DNA of 37,526 nt, from assembly GCA_021731095.1 (NCBI GenBank), contig JAKFYA010000033.1:1-37526 (forward strand), written 5' to 3'. Shown piece after piece: positions 16,247 to 24,606 of the stretch. Each line of letters opens with the position of its first letter. The first letter of the stretch is position 1. The notes under the pieces are model-generated. The model saw only the letters and a program-made list of their open reading frames with translations, was not told the DNA's origin and searched no databases. The position numbers and the translations under genes were made by a program. This DNA is from Acidobacteriota bacterium. Lineage in GTDB: Bacteria > Acidobacteriota > Vicinamibacteria > Vicinamibacterales > UBA2999.

Positions 16247-18190
16247 ATGGCCCTGCACGAGCTGCCACGGTTCCGTCGCGCCTCCGATCTGCCGAGCGGC
16301 GCCGCCCTGCGTCAGGCGCTGCAGCCGCATCTGTCGACGCTGGCCGCCACGCCCTGGACCTACTGTGGCTATACGCCGCTGCCAGACCTGCACGGCGTGC
16401 GCCCCTCACTGGACCTGACGATGACGGTCGACAACCAGACCGTCCTGACACAGGCCTGCGGGTTTGAACGGCAGACAGCGGTGGTCACGGCAGGCCTCCG
16501 CGCCTCGCGCTTCGCGCCTGTGCTGTGCTGGGAGGTGCTGCACACGCTGGCCCCCGGCGGACTCTGGATTGATGTGGACGTCGACAGCCGGTGCCGGGGG
16601 ACGGCCCTCACGCCGCTCGATTTTCCGGCGCGCGACTACGCACGCCTCTGCCTGACGGCGGAATCGCAGCAGGTCGCTGGGGCGGTGCGCACCACGGTCT
16701 GGCGCAAGCATGCCGCCTCTCCTCTGGCCGCGCACGCCGGGGACGCAGGTTGGACCTTCGGCATCCTGACCGCCGGCGACTCGCCGCGCGCAGCCCGGAT
16801 GGCCCGAGCCCTGCTGGCGCTGGACCTTCCGGCGGTGGAAGTCATCTTCTGCGGACCGCGTCCGAACGACGCGCCCTCGGACCCGCGCGTGCGCGCCATC
16901 GACCTCGACACGCCGGAGCCGCGCGGGTGGATTACGCGGAAGAAGAACCTGCTGGCCACGGCGGCCCGCCACGAGCGGCTATGCCTGCTGCACGACCGCT
17001 ATGAGGTCACGCCTGCCTGGGCCCGCGCGCTCGGCACACTGGGCTCCAGCCTGTCCGTGGCGACCTTCCCGCAGGTCTGGCTGGCCGATGTGGACGGACG
17101 CTTCCCGCAGCGGTACGCCGACTATCAGGTGCTGAGGCAGGATCAGGCGCTCGCCGAGGCCAGGAACGGCAGGCTCTACGCCGGCGACCGCGTGTTCTAT
17201 GCGCCCTACGACGACTTTGCAGAGACGGCGTTCATCTGCGGGGGCCTGTATGCCACCACGCGCACGGTCTGGACGCTGGTGGGACAAGACGACACGCTCT
17301 ATCACGGCGAATGGGAGGATGTGTCCTTCGGCCTCGACTGCCAGCGCGCGGGCATTCCGCACCGCGTCAGCCTGGCCATGACCGTCGAATCGGTCAACCC
17401 GCACCCGATGGCGCTCACGCGCATCCATGATCTGGTGGCGCCGGACGTGCCGACGCCCGGCCGCTTCCACGTGTCGGCTGCCCAACTGGAGACCGCGAAG
17501 CGCGAGCCGTGGCGGTTCAAGCCGCTGTTCACCACGTCACGCCACGCCTACTACACTCGCGTGCTCGCCCGTCTGAATCGGGTGCCCGGCCTGGACGCGT
17601 CGCTCGGCCTCGGTGCGGTCGCGAACTGCACGGGACTGGCGGACTTCTGGCGTGTCATTGACGCTTTCGTCCGGCGACAGCCGCTGGCCACGCGCGAGGC
17701 GCAGGCCGGCGTGCTCCACTTCCTGTCGGACACGATCTACAACTGGCCCAACGGCGAACTGCTGCAGTGGCTCGCCGCCAACGAACGGGCGCGCGCCGCT
17801 CAGGACCTGCCCGCTGGAGGCACCCTCGTTGGCTGGGGCACGGGTGCTCAGTTCCGGGCTCTCCACACCTCGCTCGACCGCCCGCTCGACTTCGTCGTGG
17901 ACAGTGACGCGACCCGCTGGGGCACCACCATCGAAGGCTGCACCGTCCGATCGCCAGAGATCCTGGCCACGCTTGATCCCTCACGTACGGTGATCGTGGT
18001 GTTCTCAGCCTTCCGTGACGAGATTCGCGCCGCGGCCCGCGCGTTCGGCGATTTCCGCGTGGTGGCCGCTCCGGACGTGGCCACGTTGCGCCCGTTCCAT
18101 CCGCTTACCGACATGGTGGCCCACTTCGAGGAAGTGGAGCACTGCTATCCGGTCACCTTCCACGCAGACACCCTTGAGGCCGCAGCATGA
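16247..18190 (+). CDS. Three-part protein: degenerate methyltransferase-like N-region, GT-A-like glycosyltransferase core, C-terminal NeuD/PglD-N-like Rossmann module
   Basis: 647 aa, ATG 2 nt after the upstream stop. The N-region has VLHTLAPGGLWIDVD (like MTase post-motif LKPGG) but no GxGxG. The centre reads WTFGILTAGDSP...VEVIFCG...GWITRKKNLLATAARHERLCLLHDRYEV...GEWEDVSFGLDCQRAGI (GT-A-like: beta1, acidic HD/DxD-like, ED helix). The C-terminus reads LVGWGTGAQF...LDFVVDSDATRWGTT. Confidence 0.5.
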   Translation: MALHELPRFRRASDLPSGAALRQALQPHLSTLAATPWTYCGYTPLPDLHGVRPSLDLTMTVDNQTVLTQACGFERQTAVVTAGLRASRFAPVLCWEVLHTLAPGGLWIDVDVDSRCRGTALTPLDFPARDYARLCLTAESQQVAGAVRTTVWRKHAASPLAAHAGDAGWTFGILTAGDSPRAARMARALLALDLPAVEVIFCGPRPNDAPSDPRVRAIDLDTPEPRGWITRKKNLLATAARHERLCLLHDRYEVTPAWARALGTLGSSLSVATFPQVWLADVDGRFPQRYADYQVLRQDQALAEARNGRLYAGDRVFYAPYDDFAETAFICGGLYATTRTVWTLVGQDDTLYHGEWEDVSFGLDCQRAGIPHRVSLAMTVESVNPHPMALTRIHDLVAPDVPTPGRFHVSAAQLETAKREPWRFKPLFTTSRHAYYTRVLARLNRVPGLDASLGLGAVANCTGLADFWRVIDAFVRRQPLATREAQAGVLHFLSDTIYNWPNGELLQWLAANERARAAQDLPAGGTLVGWGTGAQFRALHTSLDRPLDFVVDSDATRWGTTIEGCTVRSPEILATLDPSRTVIVVFSAFRDEIRAAARAFGDFRVVAAPDVATLRPFHPLTDMVAHFEEVEHCYPVTFHADTLEAAA

Positions 18191-19506
18191 GCAGCGGAAC
18201 GCTTCGCTATCTCGCCATGGAGCGCGAGTTCTACGCCGACCTGGTCGCCCGCTCCGACTACTCGGACGAGCGCTTCACCGAGCAGGACTCTGCCGAGCTG
18301 ATCGTCGGCAGCTATGCCCAGCATGAGCGATTCGACTACGAGCGCTGGCTGTGCGGCGGGCTGGCCATCTATCCCGGCGCTGTGGCGCTGGAGTTCGGGT
18401 GCGGCCCCGGCCGGATGCTGCGGCGGATGGCGCCCCACTTCTCGCGCGTCGATGGTGTGGACATTTCGCCTGATGTCCTTGATGTCGCGCACCGCAGGTG
18501 CGCCGAGTTGGCCAACCGGCCCCGTCTGTGGGCCATTGACGGCCAGCATCTGCCGCGCGAACTGGCCTCCGCCTATGACGTGGCCTTCTCGGTCATCTGT
18601 CTGCAGCACATTGCGGTGCATAGCGTGCGCCGGCGCATCTTCGCGGAGCTGTTCCGCGCGCTCAAGCCCGGTGGCGTGCTGACCTTCCAGATGGGCTATG
18701 GCCCCGGTCATGCGGCGATGGTCGACTACTACGCCGACTATGTCGATGCGGCCGGCACCAACGGCGAGGCGGATGTGACCGTGCTCCACCCCGGCGAGAT
18801 TGGGGAGGACCTGAAGCAGGCCGGCTTCGGCCCCATGGCCTATGCCCTCACCCCAACCGGCCCCGGCGACACGCACGGGGCCTGGATCTTCGTGCGCACC
18901 ATGAAGCCCGGACCCGTGAGGGCGCGCGTGAGCACGTCCCCCGCTGGCTGGAGCGCAGTGGGCTTCGAACCGCTGGAGCTGGACACGGACGCGCTGTGGG
19001 ACGCGCGCCGTCGCCAGCTCGAGCATGGCACCCTGGCCCGTTTCCGCAGCCGCACGCAGGAGCTGCAGGCGGCTGAGGCACGGGTGGCTGTGGCCGAGGC
19101 ACACGTGACCGCAGCGAACGTCGGTCGCCAACAGGACCTGGAGGTGCGCAACGCGCAGCTGGCCCGCCTGCAGGCGCTCGACGCGCCGCGACTCCACGCC
19201 CTGATGTCAGACCTCGCGACCTGGGCCGGCGACACGCGCCACGTCGCCATCCTCGGCTCAGGCGCTCAGACCGAGTGGCTGCTCGGCGAGACGCCGCTGG
19301 GTCTGCTGGGTCACCTCTCGATCATCGACAACAACCCGGCAGCCGTGGGACGCCTCGTGGGCGGCCTGCCGGTCAAGGGTGGCCATGAACTTGCACAACT
19401 GGCACCTGACGCGGTGGTGCTCACCTCACTCAGTCATCAGAACGAGATGGCGGCGTTTGTCGAAGGCCTCAGTCTGGCCGGCACTCGCCTTGTCCGTTGC
19501 TACTAA
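18187..19506 (+). CDS. Class I SAM-dependent methyltransferase fused to a coiled-coil linker and a C-terminal Rossmann-like module
   Basis: ATGA overlap with the upstream gene. It has ALEFGCGPGRMLRRMA (motif I), VDGVDIS (motif II acidic), DVAFSVICLQHI and LKPGGVLTF. Residues ~270-340 are heptad-like (ELQAAEARVAVAEAHV...LEVRNAQLARLQAL). The C-terminus reads HVAILGSGAQTEWLL...LSIIDNNPAAVGRLVGGLPV. Confidence 0.82.
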   Translation: MSSGTLRYLAMEREFYADLVARSDYSDERFTEQDSAELIVGSYAQHERFDYERWLCGGLAIYPGAVALEFGCGPGRMLRRMAPHFSRVDGVDISPDVLDVAHRRCAELANRPRLWAIDGQHLPRELASAYDVAFSVICLQHIAVHSVRRRIFAELFRALKPGGVLTFQMGYGPGHAAMVDYYADYVDAAGTNGEADVTVLHPGEIGEDLKQAGFGPMAYALTPTGPGDTHGAWIFVRTMKPGPVRARVSTSPAGWSAVGFEPLELDTDALWDARRRQLEHGTLARFRSRTQELQAAEARVAVAEAHVTAANVGRQQDLEVRNAQLARLQALDAPRLHALMSDLATWAGDTRHVAILGSGAQTEWLLGETPLGLLGHLSIIDNNPAAVGRLVGGLPVKGGHELAQLAPDAVVLTSLSHQNEMAAFVEGLSLAGTRLVRCY

Positions 19507-19531
19507 CAACCGGTTATCTGGAGATCTGCTG

Positions 19532-21325
19532 ATGTCCGCTTCGCCCGCTTCCTCTGTCCGCGTCATCGAGCGCGACGGTTATGCCCTGACGAACCACCGG
19601 GCGCTCTGTCGGCGCGCCGTCCTCTGGATCGGCCAGACGTGCAACCTGCGTTGCCACTTCTGCTACTTCCTCGACAAGATCACCGACCGGAACCACCCTG
19701 AGCATGACTTCCTGCCGCTCGACAAGCTGAAGGCGATGTGCAAGACGCTCGTCGATGTGTATGGCAACAACGCGGTGGACATTCAGGGTGGCGAGCCGAC
19801 GCTCTACCGCCATCTCGTGCCGCTGCTGCAGTACTGCAACGAAATTGGCCTGAAGCCGACGCTCATCACCAATGGCCAGGTGCTGGCCAATCCGGACCGG
19901 GTGAAGCAGTTGCAGGACGCCGGTGTCTACGACCTGCTCATCAGCGTGCACGGCCTGGGCAAGCGCTATGACCGCATTGTCGTGGTGGATGGCGCAGCCG
20001 AGAAACTTCGCAAGGGCATCGACAACGTGGCGGCGGCTGGCGTGCCGTTCCGACTGAACTGCGTCCTGGCGACCGAAGCCTTGCCTGACCTGCTGGGCGT
20101 GGCGAAGCTGGCCGTCGCCAAGGGCGCACGCGCGGTGAACTTCATCGCCTTCAACCCGTTCGTCGACCAGGCCTGTGGTGGCAAGCGCAGCGCGGAGAAC
20201 GTGCCGCGCTACAGCGAGGTGGTGGAGCACCTCCTGCCAGCCATCGACCTGCTGGACGCGAACGGCATCGAGGTGAACGTCCGGTACCTCCCGATGTGCC
20301 TCTTCCCCGAGCGATATCGGAAGTTCCTCCAGAACTTCCAGCAGATCGTGTACGACCTGCACGAATGGGAGAGCGCCGGCGAGGCCTGGTCGAGCCAGGC
20401 TCCACAGCGCGAGGCGGCGGCGCCGCTGAGCGAGCCGGTCGACTTCTTCCGCTACATCGAGTCACTGCGGTTGCGCGGCTTCGCCGACCTGCTGCCCGAG
20501 CTGGCCGACAACCGCCACTGGAGCCCCTCGGTGGGTACCACGCTTGACGCGCTCGAGGCGCTGGTGCGCGCGGCAGGGCGGCCGATTACGGTCAGCCTCT
20601 ATGGCAGCGCCGCCGTGGCCCAGTCGCTCATGCAGGCGGCACGCTCTCGCGAAGCGCTGCTGGATGGTCTGGTCTTCTCCGCCCTGATCTCTTCGCCCGA
20701 GTACCGGACGGCTGACACCCATCTGGGCCTGCGGTGGGAGTCGCCGGACTGGCTGGCGGCGAACCCGACGGACGTGGTGGTGAACACCTCGGAAAGCTCG
20801 CGCCGCATCATCACGCGGGCGTTGGCTGAGCGTGGTCTGGGTGGCCGCACGGTCGAAGTGTTCGGCGAGTTGGGCAAGACGGCGCTCCCGGCGTCCACGG
20901 AGACCCATCCGATTCTCCGCTTCCAGGGACGGCAGGGCTACGAGTACACCCACTACCTGCCCGAACTGGGACCGTTCGAGTCGACCGGTGTGCTGGAGGA
21001 GGCCTACAAGGAGTTCCGCGTGCTGATGGCCAAGACCATCCACCCCTACTCGAAGGGATCGGCCTGCGGCGACTGTTCACTGAAGGGCATCTGCGACGGC
21101 TTTCACAAGGACTACGCCGAGATCTTCGGCTTCGATGAGGCGAAGACGGTCACGCTGAGCAGCCAGGTCTACGACCCGTGCCACTACTCGAACGACCAGC
21201 TCAAGGTGGTCGAGGCACAGGAGTACGACTGGGCCCTTCCCGAAACGCACCCGCTGGCGCAGCAGGCGCGGGCGGCAAAGGGTGAGACCGCGGCGATGGC
21301 GGTGCGCGCGGGCGGGAGAATGTAA
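19532..21325 (+). CDS. Radical SAM enzyme with long non-canonical C-terminal extension (internal Rossmann-like module + terminal Cys-rich motif)
   Basis: ORF-track frame 19379..21325 trimmed to ATG 19532 (TGGAGA upstream). It has CNLRCHFC (CxxxCxxC, nt 19639-19662), GGEPTL (SAM glycine motif), the TIM-barrel-like LITNG.., and NFIAFNP. Residues ~350-445 read ITVSLYGSAAVAQSL...VVVNTSESS. Near the C-terminus is ACGDCSLKGICDGF (nt ~21064-21096). Confidence 0.85.
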   Translation: MSASPASSVRVIERDGYALTNHRALCRRAVLWIGQTCNLRCHFCYFLDKITDRNHPEHDFLPLDKLKAMCKTLVDVYGNNAVDIQGGEPTLYRHLVPLLQYCNEIGLKPTLITNGQVLANPDRVKQLQDAGVYDLLISVHGLGKRYDRIVVVDGAAEKLRKGIDNVAAAGVPFRLNCVLATEALPDLLGVAKLAVAKGARAVNFIAFNPFVDQACGGKRSAENVPRYSEVVEHLLPAIDLLDANGIEVNVRYLPMCLFPERYRKFLQNFQQIVYDLHEWESAGEAWSSQAPQREAAAPLSEPVDFFRYIESLRLRGFADLLPELADNRHWSPSVGTTLDALEALVRAAGRPITVSLYGSAAVAQSLMQAARSREALLDGLVFSALISSPEYRTADTHLGLRWESPDWLAANPTDVVVNTSESSRRIITRALAERGLGGRTVEVFGELGKTALPASTETHPILRFQGRQGYEYTHYLPELGPFESTGVLEEAYKEFRVLMAKTIHPYSKGSACGDCSLKGICDGFHKDYAEIFGFDEAKTVTLSSQVYDPCHYSNDQLKVVEAQEYDWALPETHPLAQQARAAKGETAAMAVRAGGRM

Positions 21326-23478
21326 TGGCCGCGCCGCGTCGCGTCCTGTACTTCGCCGAGAATGCGCTGAGTGCCATCCAGGGTGGTGGCATCGTGGCCT
21401 ATGCCGTGCTGAAGGGATTGCCGGCTGACCATCTGCTTGGCTTCTTCGAGTACCGCAACATCACGCCGGTACCGGAGTATGCGGAGCGCTTTGTCCACCT
21501 GGGACAGGCCTGGCGCGCGCCCCGTGCGCTGGCGCGGGTGAACCGGTGGACCCGCGGCCTGACGGCCGACCTGCTGAAGCGCCTGTGGCCCGATGCGCAC
21601 GTGGCGCAGGATCTGGCGTTCGTGCAGGCGCAGGTGGCCTCGCGGGCGTTCACGCCGGACGTGGTGTACTTCGCGGGCCTGTCCTACCGCTATCTGCGGC
21701 TGGCCGTCATGGCCGCCGAGCACTACGGCGTGCCGATGGTGCAACTGAACATGGACGACTGGATGCAGGTGGAGACCGAGGCGGCTGGCCGCTTCGGTGG
21801 GCGCTGGTCGCGCCTCATCACCCGCGAACTGACCCGCGCCTCTGCGGCCTCCCTCGTGAGCACCAGCAACTCGCCGCGACTGGCCGCCAGGCTCTCGGCC
21901 ATGACCGGCCACCAGCATGTTGCGGCCAACAACTGTTGCGATGACCTGATGGCGCATGCCACGGACACGGCGGTCGAGCCGAGTCCCGTCCCGGTGATCA
22001 CCTACGCAGGGGCCATGAACGTGAACCTCCAGGGCGAAACCCTGAAGGTGCTGGCCAGTGCAGTGGCCGAGCTGAATGCCGAAGGCACGCCCGTCCACCT
22101 GCACATCTACACGCCGTGGGAGTTCGCACCGCTTGCCAACAGCATTGCGGTGCCTGGCGCCGTGTTCTACAAGGGGCAGGTGGGGCGCGCAGCACTGGCA
22201 GACATCTACCGCGCTTCGGACTTCCTGGCCACCACGGTGACCTACCGCGAGAAGCACATCTCGCTCTTCCGGCACTCGCTCTCGACCAAGCTGTCCGAGT
22301 ACCTGTGCGCCGGCAAGCCGGTGCTGTCGATGGGTCACTACGACTGGCATCTGCACGAGTACGTGCAGGAACACGGATGTGGCTTCTCGGTGCTGATGGA
22401 CGAGGCCTTTTCCAGGGCCGCCATCAAAGCGCAGCTTCGCCAGATTCTGGCAACGGACCCGGCGTTGCTCGCCACCATGGGTCAGCGAAACCGCGCACTC
22501 TGGGAGCGGGCGCACGACGTCGCCCGCATGGCGCGCGAGACGCGCCAGGCGCTACGGCTGACGGTGGAGGCCGCACCCCGTGAGCGCGATACGCGCCGCG
22601 GCGTGATCTGGATGGGCGAGGCCACCGGACGAGCCTGGGTGCCCGCCGCAAAGGCCATGGCCATCGCACGCCAGTTGCGCGATGTCTACCATCACCAGGC
22701 GGTGGATCTGGTGGGCACGGGCGTCATGGCCCACCCCGCCATCGCCGACGTGCAAGGCTATTGCACCGACATCGGTCTGTCGCCGTCCGTAGTGGACGCC
22801 GAGGTCGCGGATCCCCTCGACCTGCGGTACGAGCCGGCCGGGTCACGCTGGTCACTGGCCGACGCGCAGCGACATCCGACGGCGTCGCTCACGACGCCGC
22901 CCGACGTCTTTGCCCAGGTGGCCGACCTGCGCAACGAGGTGCCCCGCACCACACCAGCGGCGCGTGCCGTCCAGGCCCTGTCCGTCCGCGTGTCCGAGTT
23001 TGCCACCAGGAAGCCGGTGGTGTGGGCCTATGGCGACACCACGGCTGGCCACGACGTGCTGTCCGCCATCGCTGCGCACCCGTGGCTGGGCCACGCCGTG
23101 CGGATTGGCGGCTTCCTGGCTGAACCCCACGCGGGTGGCACCGACATCCTGCACGGACGCACACTGCGCAGTCTTGATCGGCTCATGCCGGACGATGCCG
23201 ACGTGGTCTTCATCACCGACGATGCCGCTCGACTGGCACGGATGGAGGAGCTGTCGCGCCACGGTCTCCTGGGTCGCACCGTTCCGCTGTTCGGCACCTC
23301 GGCCGACCAGCCGCCCTACGAACGTCACCCTCTTGGGCCGGGCCAGACCTTCGGTGAAGGCCTGACGGCCCTGGACTACGCCACACGCGAGCTGGCCGCC
23401 AGAACGCGCCCGAAGGCCATTGGCTGGACCGACGACGGGTTCGACGAGGAACGCGAACCCCTTCGACGAGTCGGCTAG
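21325..23478 (+). CDS. GT-B fold glycosyltransferase (GT4-like) fused to a ~300-aa C-terminal region containing Rossmann-like module(s)
   Basis: The ATG shares its A with the upstream TAA (TAATG). The N-terminal ~410 aa read RVLYFAENALSAIQGGGIV..., ITYAGAM...., FRHSLSTKLSEYLCAGKPVLS (E-x7-E-like sugar-donor motif). The C-terminal part includes PVVWAYGDTTAGHDVL...IGGFLAEPHAGGTDILHGRTL...ADVVFITDD. Confidence 0.75.
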   Translation: MAAPRRVLYFAENALSAIQGGGIVAYAVLKGLPADHLLGFFEYRNITPVPEYAERFVHLGQAWRAPRALARVNRWTRGLTADLLKRLWPDAHVAQDLAFVQAQVASRAFTPDVVYFAGLSYRYLRLAVMAAEHYGVPMVQLNMDDWMQVETEAAGRFGGRWSRLITRELTRASAASLVSTSNSPRLAARLSAMTGHQHVAANNCCDDLMAHATDTAVEPSPVPVITYAGAMNVNLQGETLKVLASAVAELNAEGTPVHLHIYTPWEFAPLANSIAVPGAVFYKGQVGRAALADIYRASDFLATTVTYREKHISLFRHSLSTKLSEYLCAGKPVLSMGHYDWHLHEYVQEHGCGFSVLMDEAFSRAAIKAQLRQILATDPALLATMGQRNRALWERAHDVARMARETRQALRLTVEAAPRERDTRRGVIWMGEATGRAWVPAAKAMAIARQLRDVYHHQAVDLVGTGVMAHPAIADVQGYCTDIGLSPSVVDAEVADPLDLRYEPAGSRWSLADAQRHPTASLTTPPDVFAQVADLRNEVPRTTPAARAVQALSVRVSEFATRKPVVWAYGDTTAGHDVLSAIAAHPWLGHAVRIGGFLAEPHAGGTDILHGRTLRSLDRLMPDDADVVFITDDAARLARMEELSRHGLLGRTVPLFGTSADQPPYERHPLGPGQTFGEGLTALDYATRELAARTRPKAIGWTDDGFDEEREPLRRVG

Positions 23479-23577
23479 GCCGGGACGGGTGCGGAGTGGG
23501 CGCACCATCCCGCTCCCCGCCTGTGGTCATTCCGTGTTCTCATAAGCGTCGACCGTGTACGCTGATCGAGATTTCCG

Positions 23578-24573
23578 GTGAACGCCCCGACCCGCCTGCT
23601 CTACTCATCGCTCCTGATGGCCGCACTTTTTCTTGGCGGCACCACGGGCTATCACGTCATTGAAGGCGCCTCCTGGTGGGAGGCGTTCTACATGACGGTC
23701 ATAACCATTACGACCGTCGGCTACGGCGAGGTCTTTCCGCTGACCAGAGGCGGCGAGATCTTCACCGTTGTGCTGCTGCTCAGTGGCCTCGGGATGTTCC
23801 TGCTGCTGGCCACCGAAGTGGCGCGGACGGTCGTGGAGGGCGAAATCCGGCAGGTGTTCGGACGGGTACGGAGGACACGCGTGATTGATCACATGGCGAA
23901 CCATGACGTTGTGTGCGGCTACGGCCGCATGGGCCGCGCGGTGGTGGCCGAGCTGCGGCAACGCGGGCGAGGCGTCGTGGTGGTGGAGCGAGGCCAGGAG
24001 CGCATCCGCGAGTTACAGGAGGCTGGCATCCCGGTGGTGAGCGGTGACGCCACCTCCGAAACCACCCTCCGCTCGGCACGACTCGACACGGCGCGTGGTC
24101 TGGTGGCGTGCCTGAACGACGACGCGCACAACGTCTACACCGTGCTCACGGCCCGCGCGATGAAACCGGATCTGTTCATCGTGGCGCGCGCCACGGAGGA
24201 AAGCGCCGAGCGGCGGATTCTGAAGGCCGGCGCGGACCGCGTGGTGAACCCCTACAACCTCGGCGGCACACGACTGGCGCATCTGGTGATCAAGCCGGCC
24301 ATCGTGAACTTCTTCGATGCCTCGCTCAGCGGGCACGACGACCTGCAGCTGGATCAGACCTCCATCCGCGCCGGCAGCAGCATCGCGGGCCACACGCTGC
24401 GGGAGGCCAACCTGCGGCAGCAGTGGGGGTTGGGCGTGGTGGCCGTGCAGCGCGGCGCACAGGTGATTGCCAACCCGCCGTCAGACACGCGACTCGAGGT
24501 CGGCGACGTGCTCGTGGTGTTCGGCAGTCGGGAGCAGATTGCGACCTTCGAAGCGCGCTGCTGCGGCGCGTAG
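23578..24573 (+). CDS. Two-TM potassium channel with cytoplasmic RCK (TrkA-N/TrkA-C) gating domains (MthK-like)
   Basis: 331 aa, GTG start. It has the selectivity filter TITTVGYGE between two hydrophobic helices, VVCGYGRMGRAVV (Rossmann GxGxxG of TrkA-N) and a C-terminal TrkA-C-like segment (..GHTLREANLRQQWGLGVVAVQRG..). Confidence 0.9.
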   Translation: MNAPTRLLYSSLLMAALFLGGTTGYHVIEGASWWEAFYMTVITITTVGYGEVFPLTRGGEIFTVVLLLSGLGMFLLLATEVARTVVEGEIRQVFGRVRRTRVIDHMANHDVVCGYGRMGRAVVAELRQRGRGVVVVERGQERIRELQEAGIPVVSGDATSETTLRSARLDTARGLVACLNDDAHNVYTVLTARAMKPDLFIVARATEESAERRILKAGADRVVNPYNLGGTRLAHLVIKPAIVNFFDASLSGHDDLQLDQTSIRAGSSIAGHTLREANLRQQWGLGVVAVQRGAQVIANPPSDTRLEVGDVLVVFGSREQIATFEARCCGA

Positions 24574-24606
24574 CGGCGCGCCTGATGTTCCGGACGCCCG
24601 CGGACG

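Noticed and set aside
19379-19531. Upstream extension of the radical SAM ORF (51 codons)
   Set aside because: It overlaps the end of the methyltransferase gene. ATG 19532 has a purine-rich SD-like TGGAGA upstream and leaves a normal distance to the CxxxCxxC motif.
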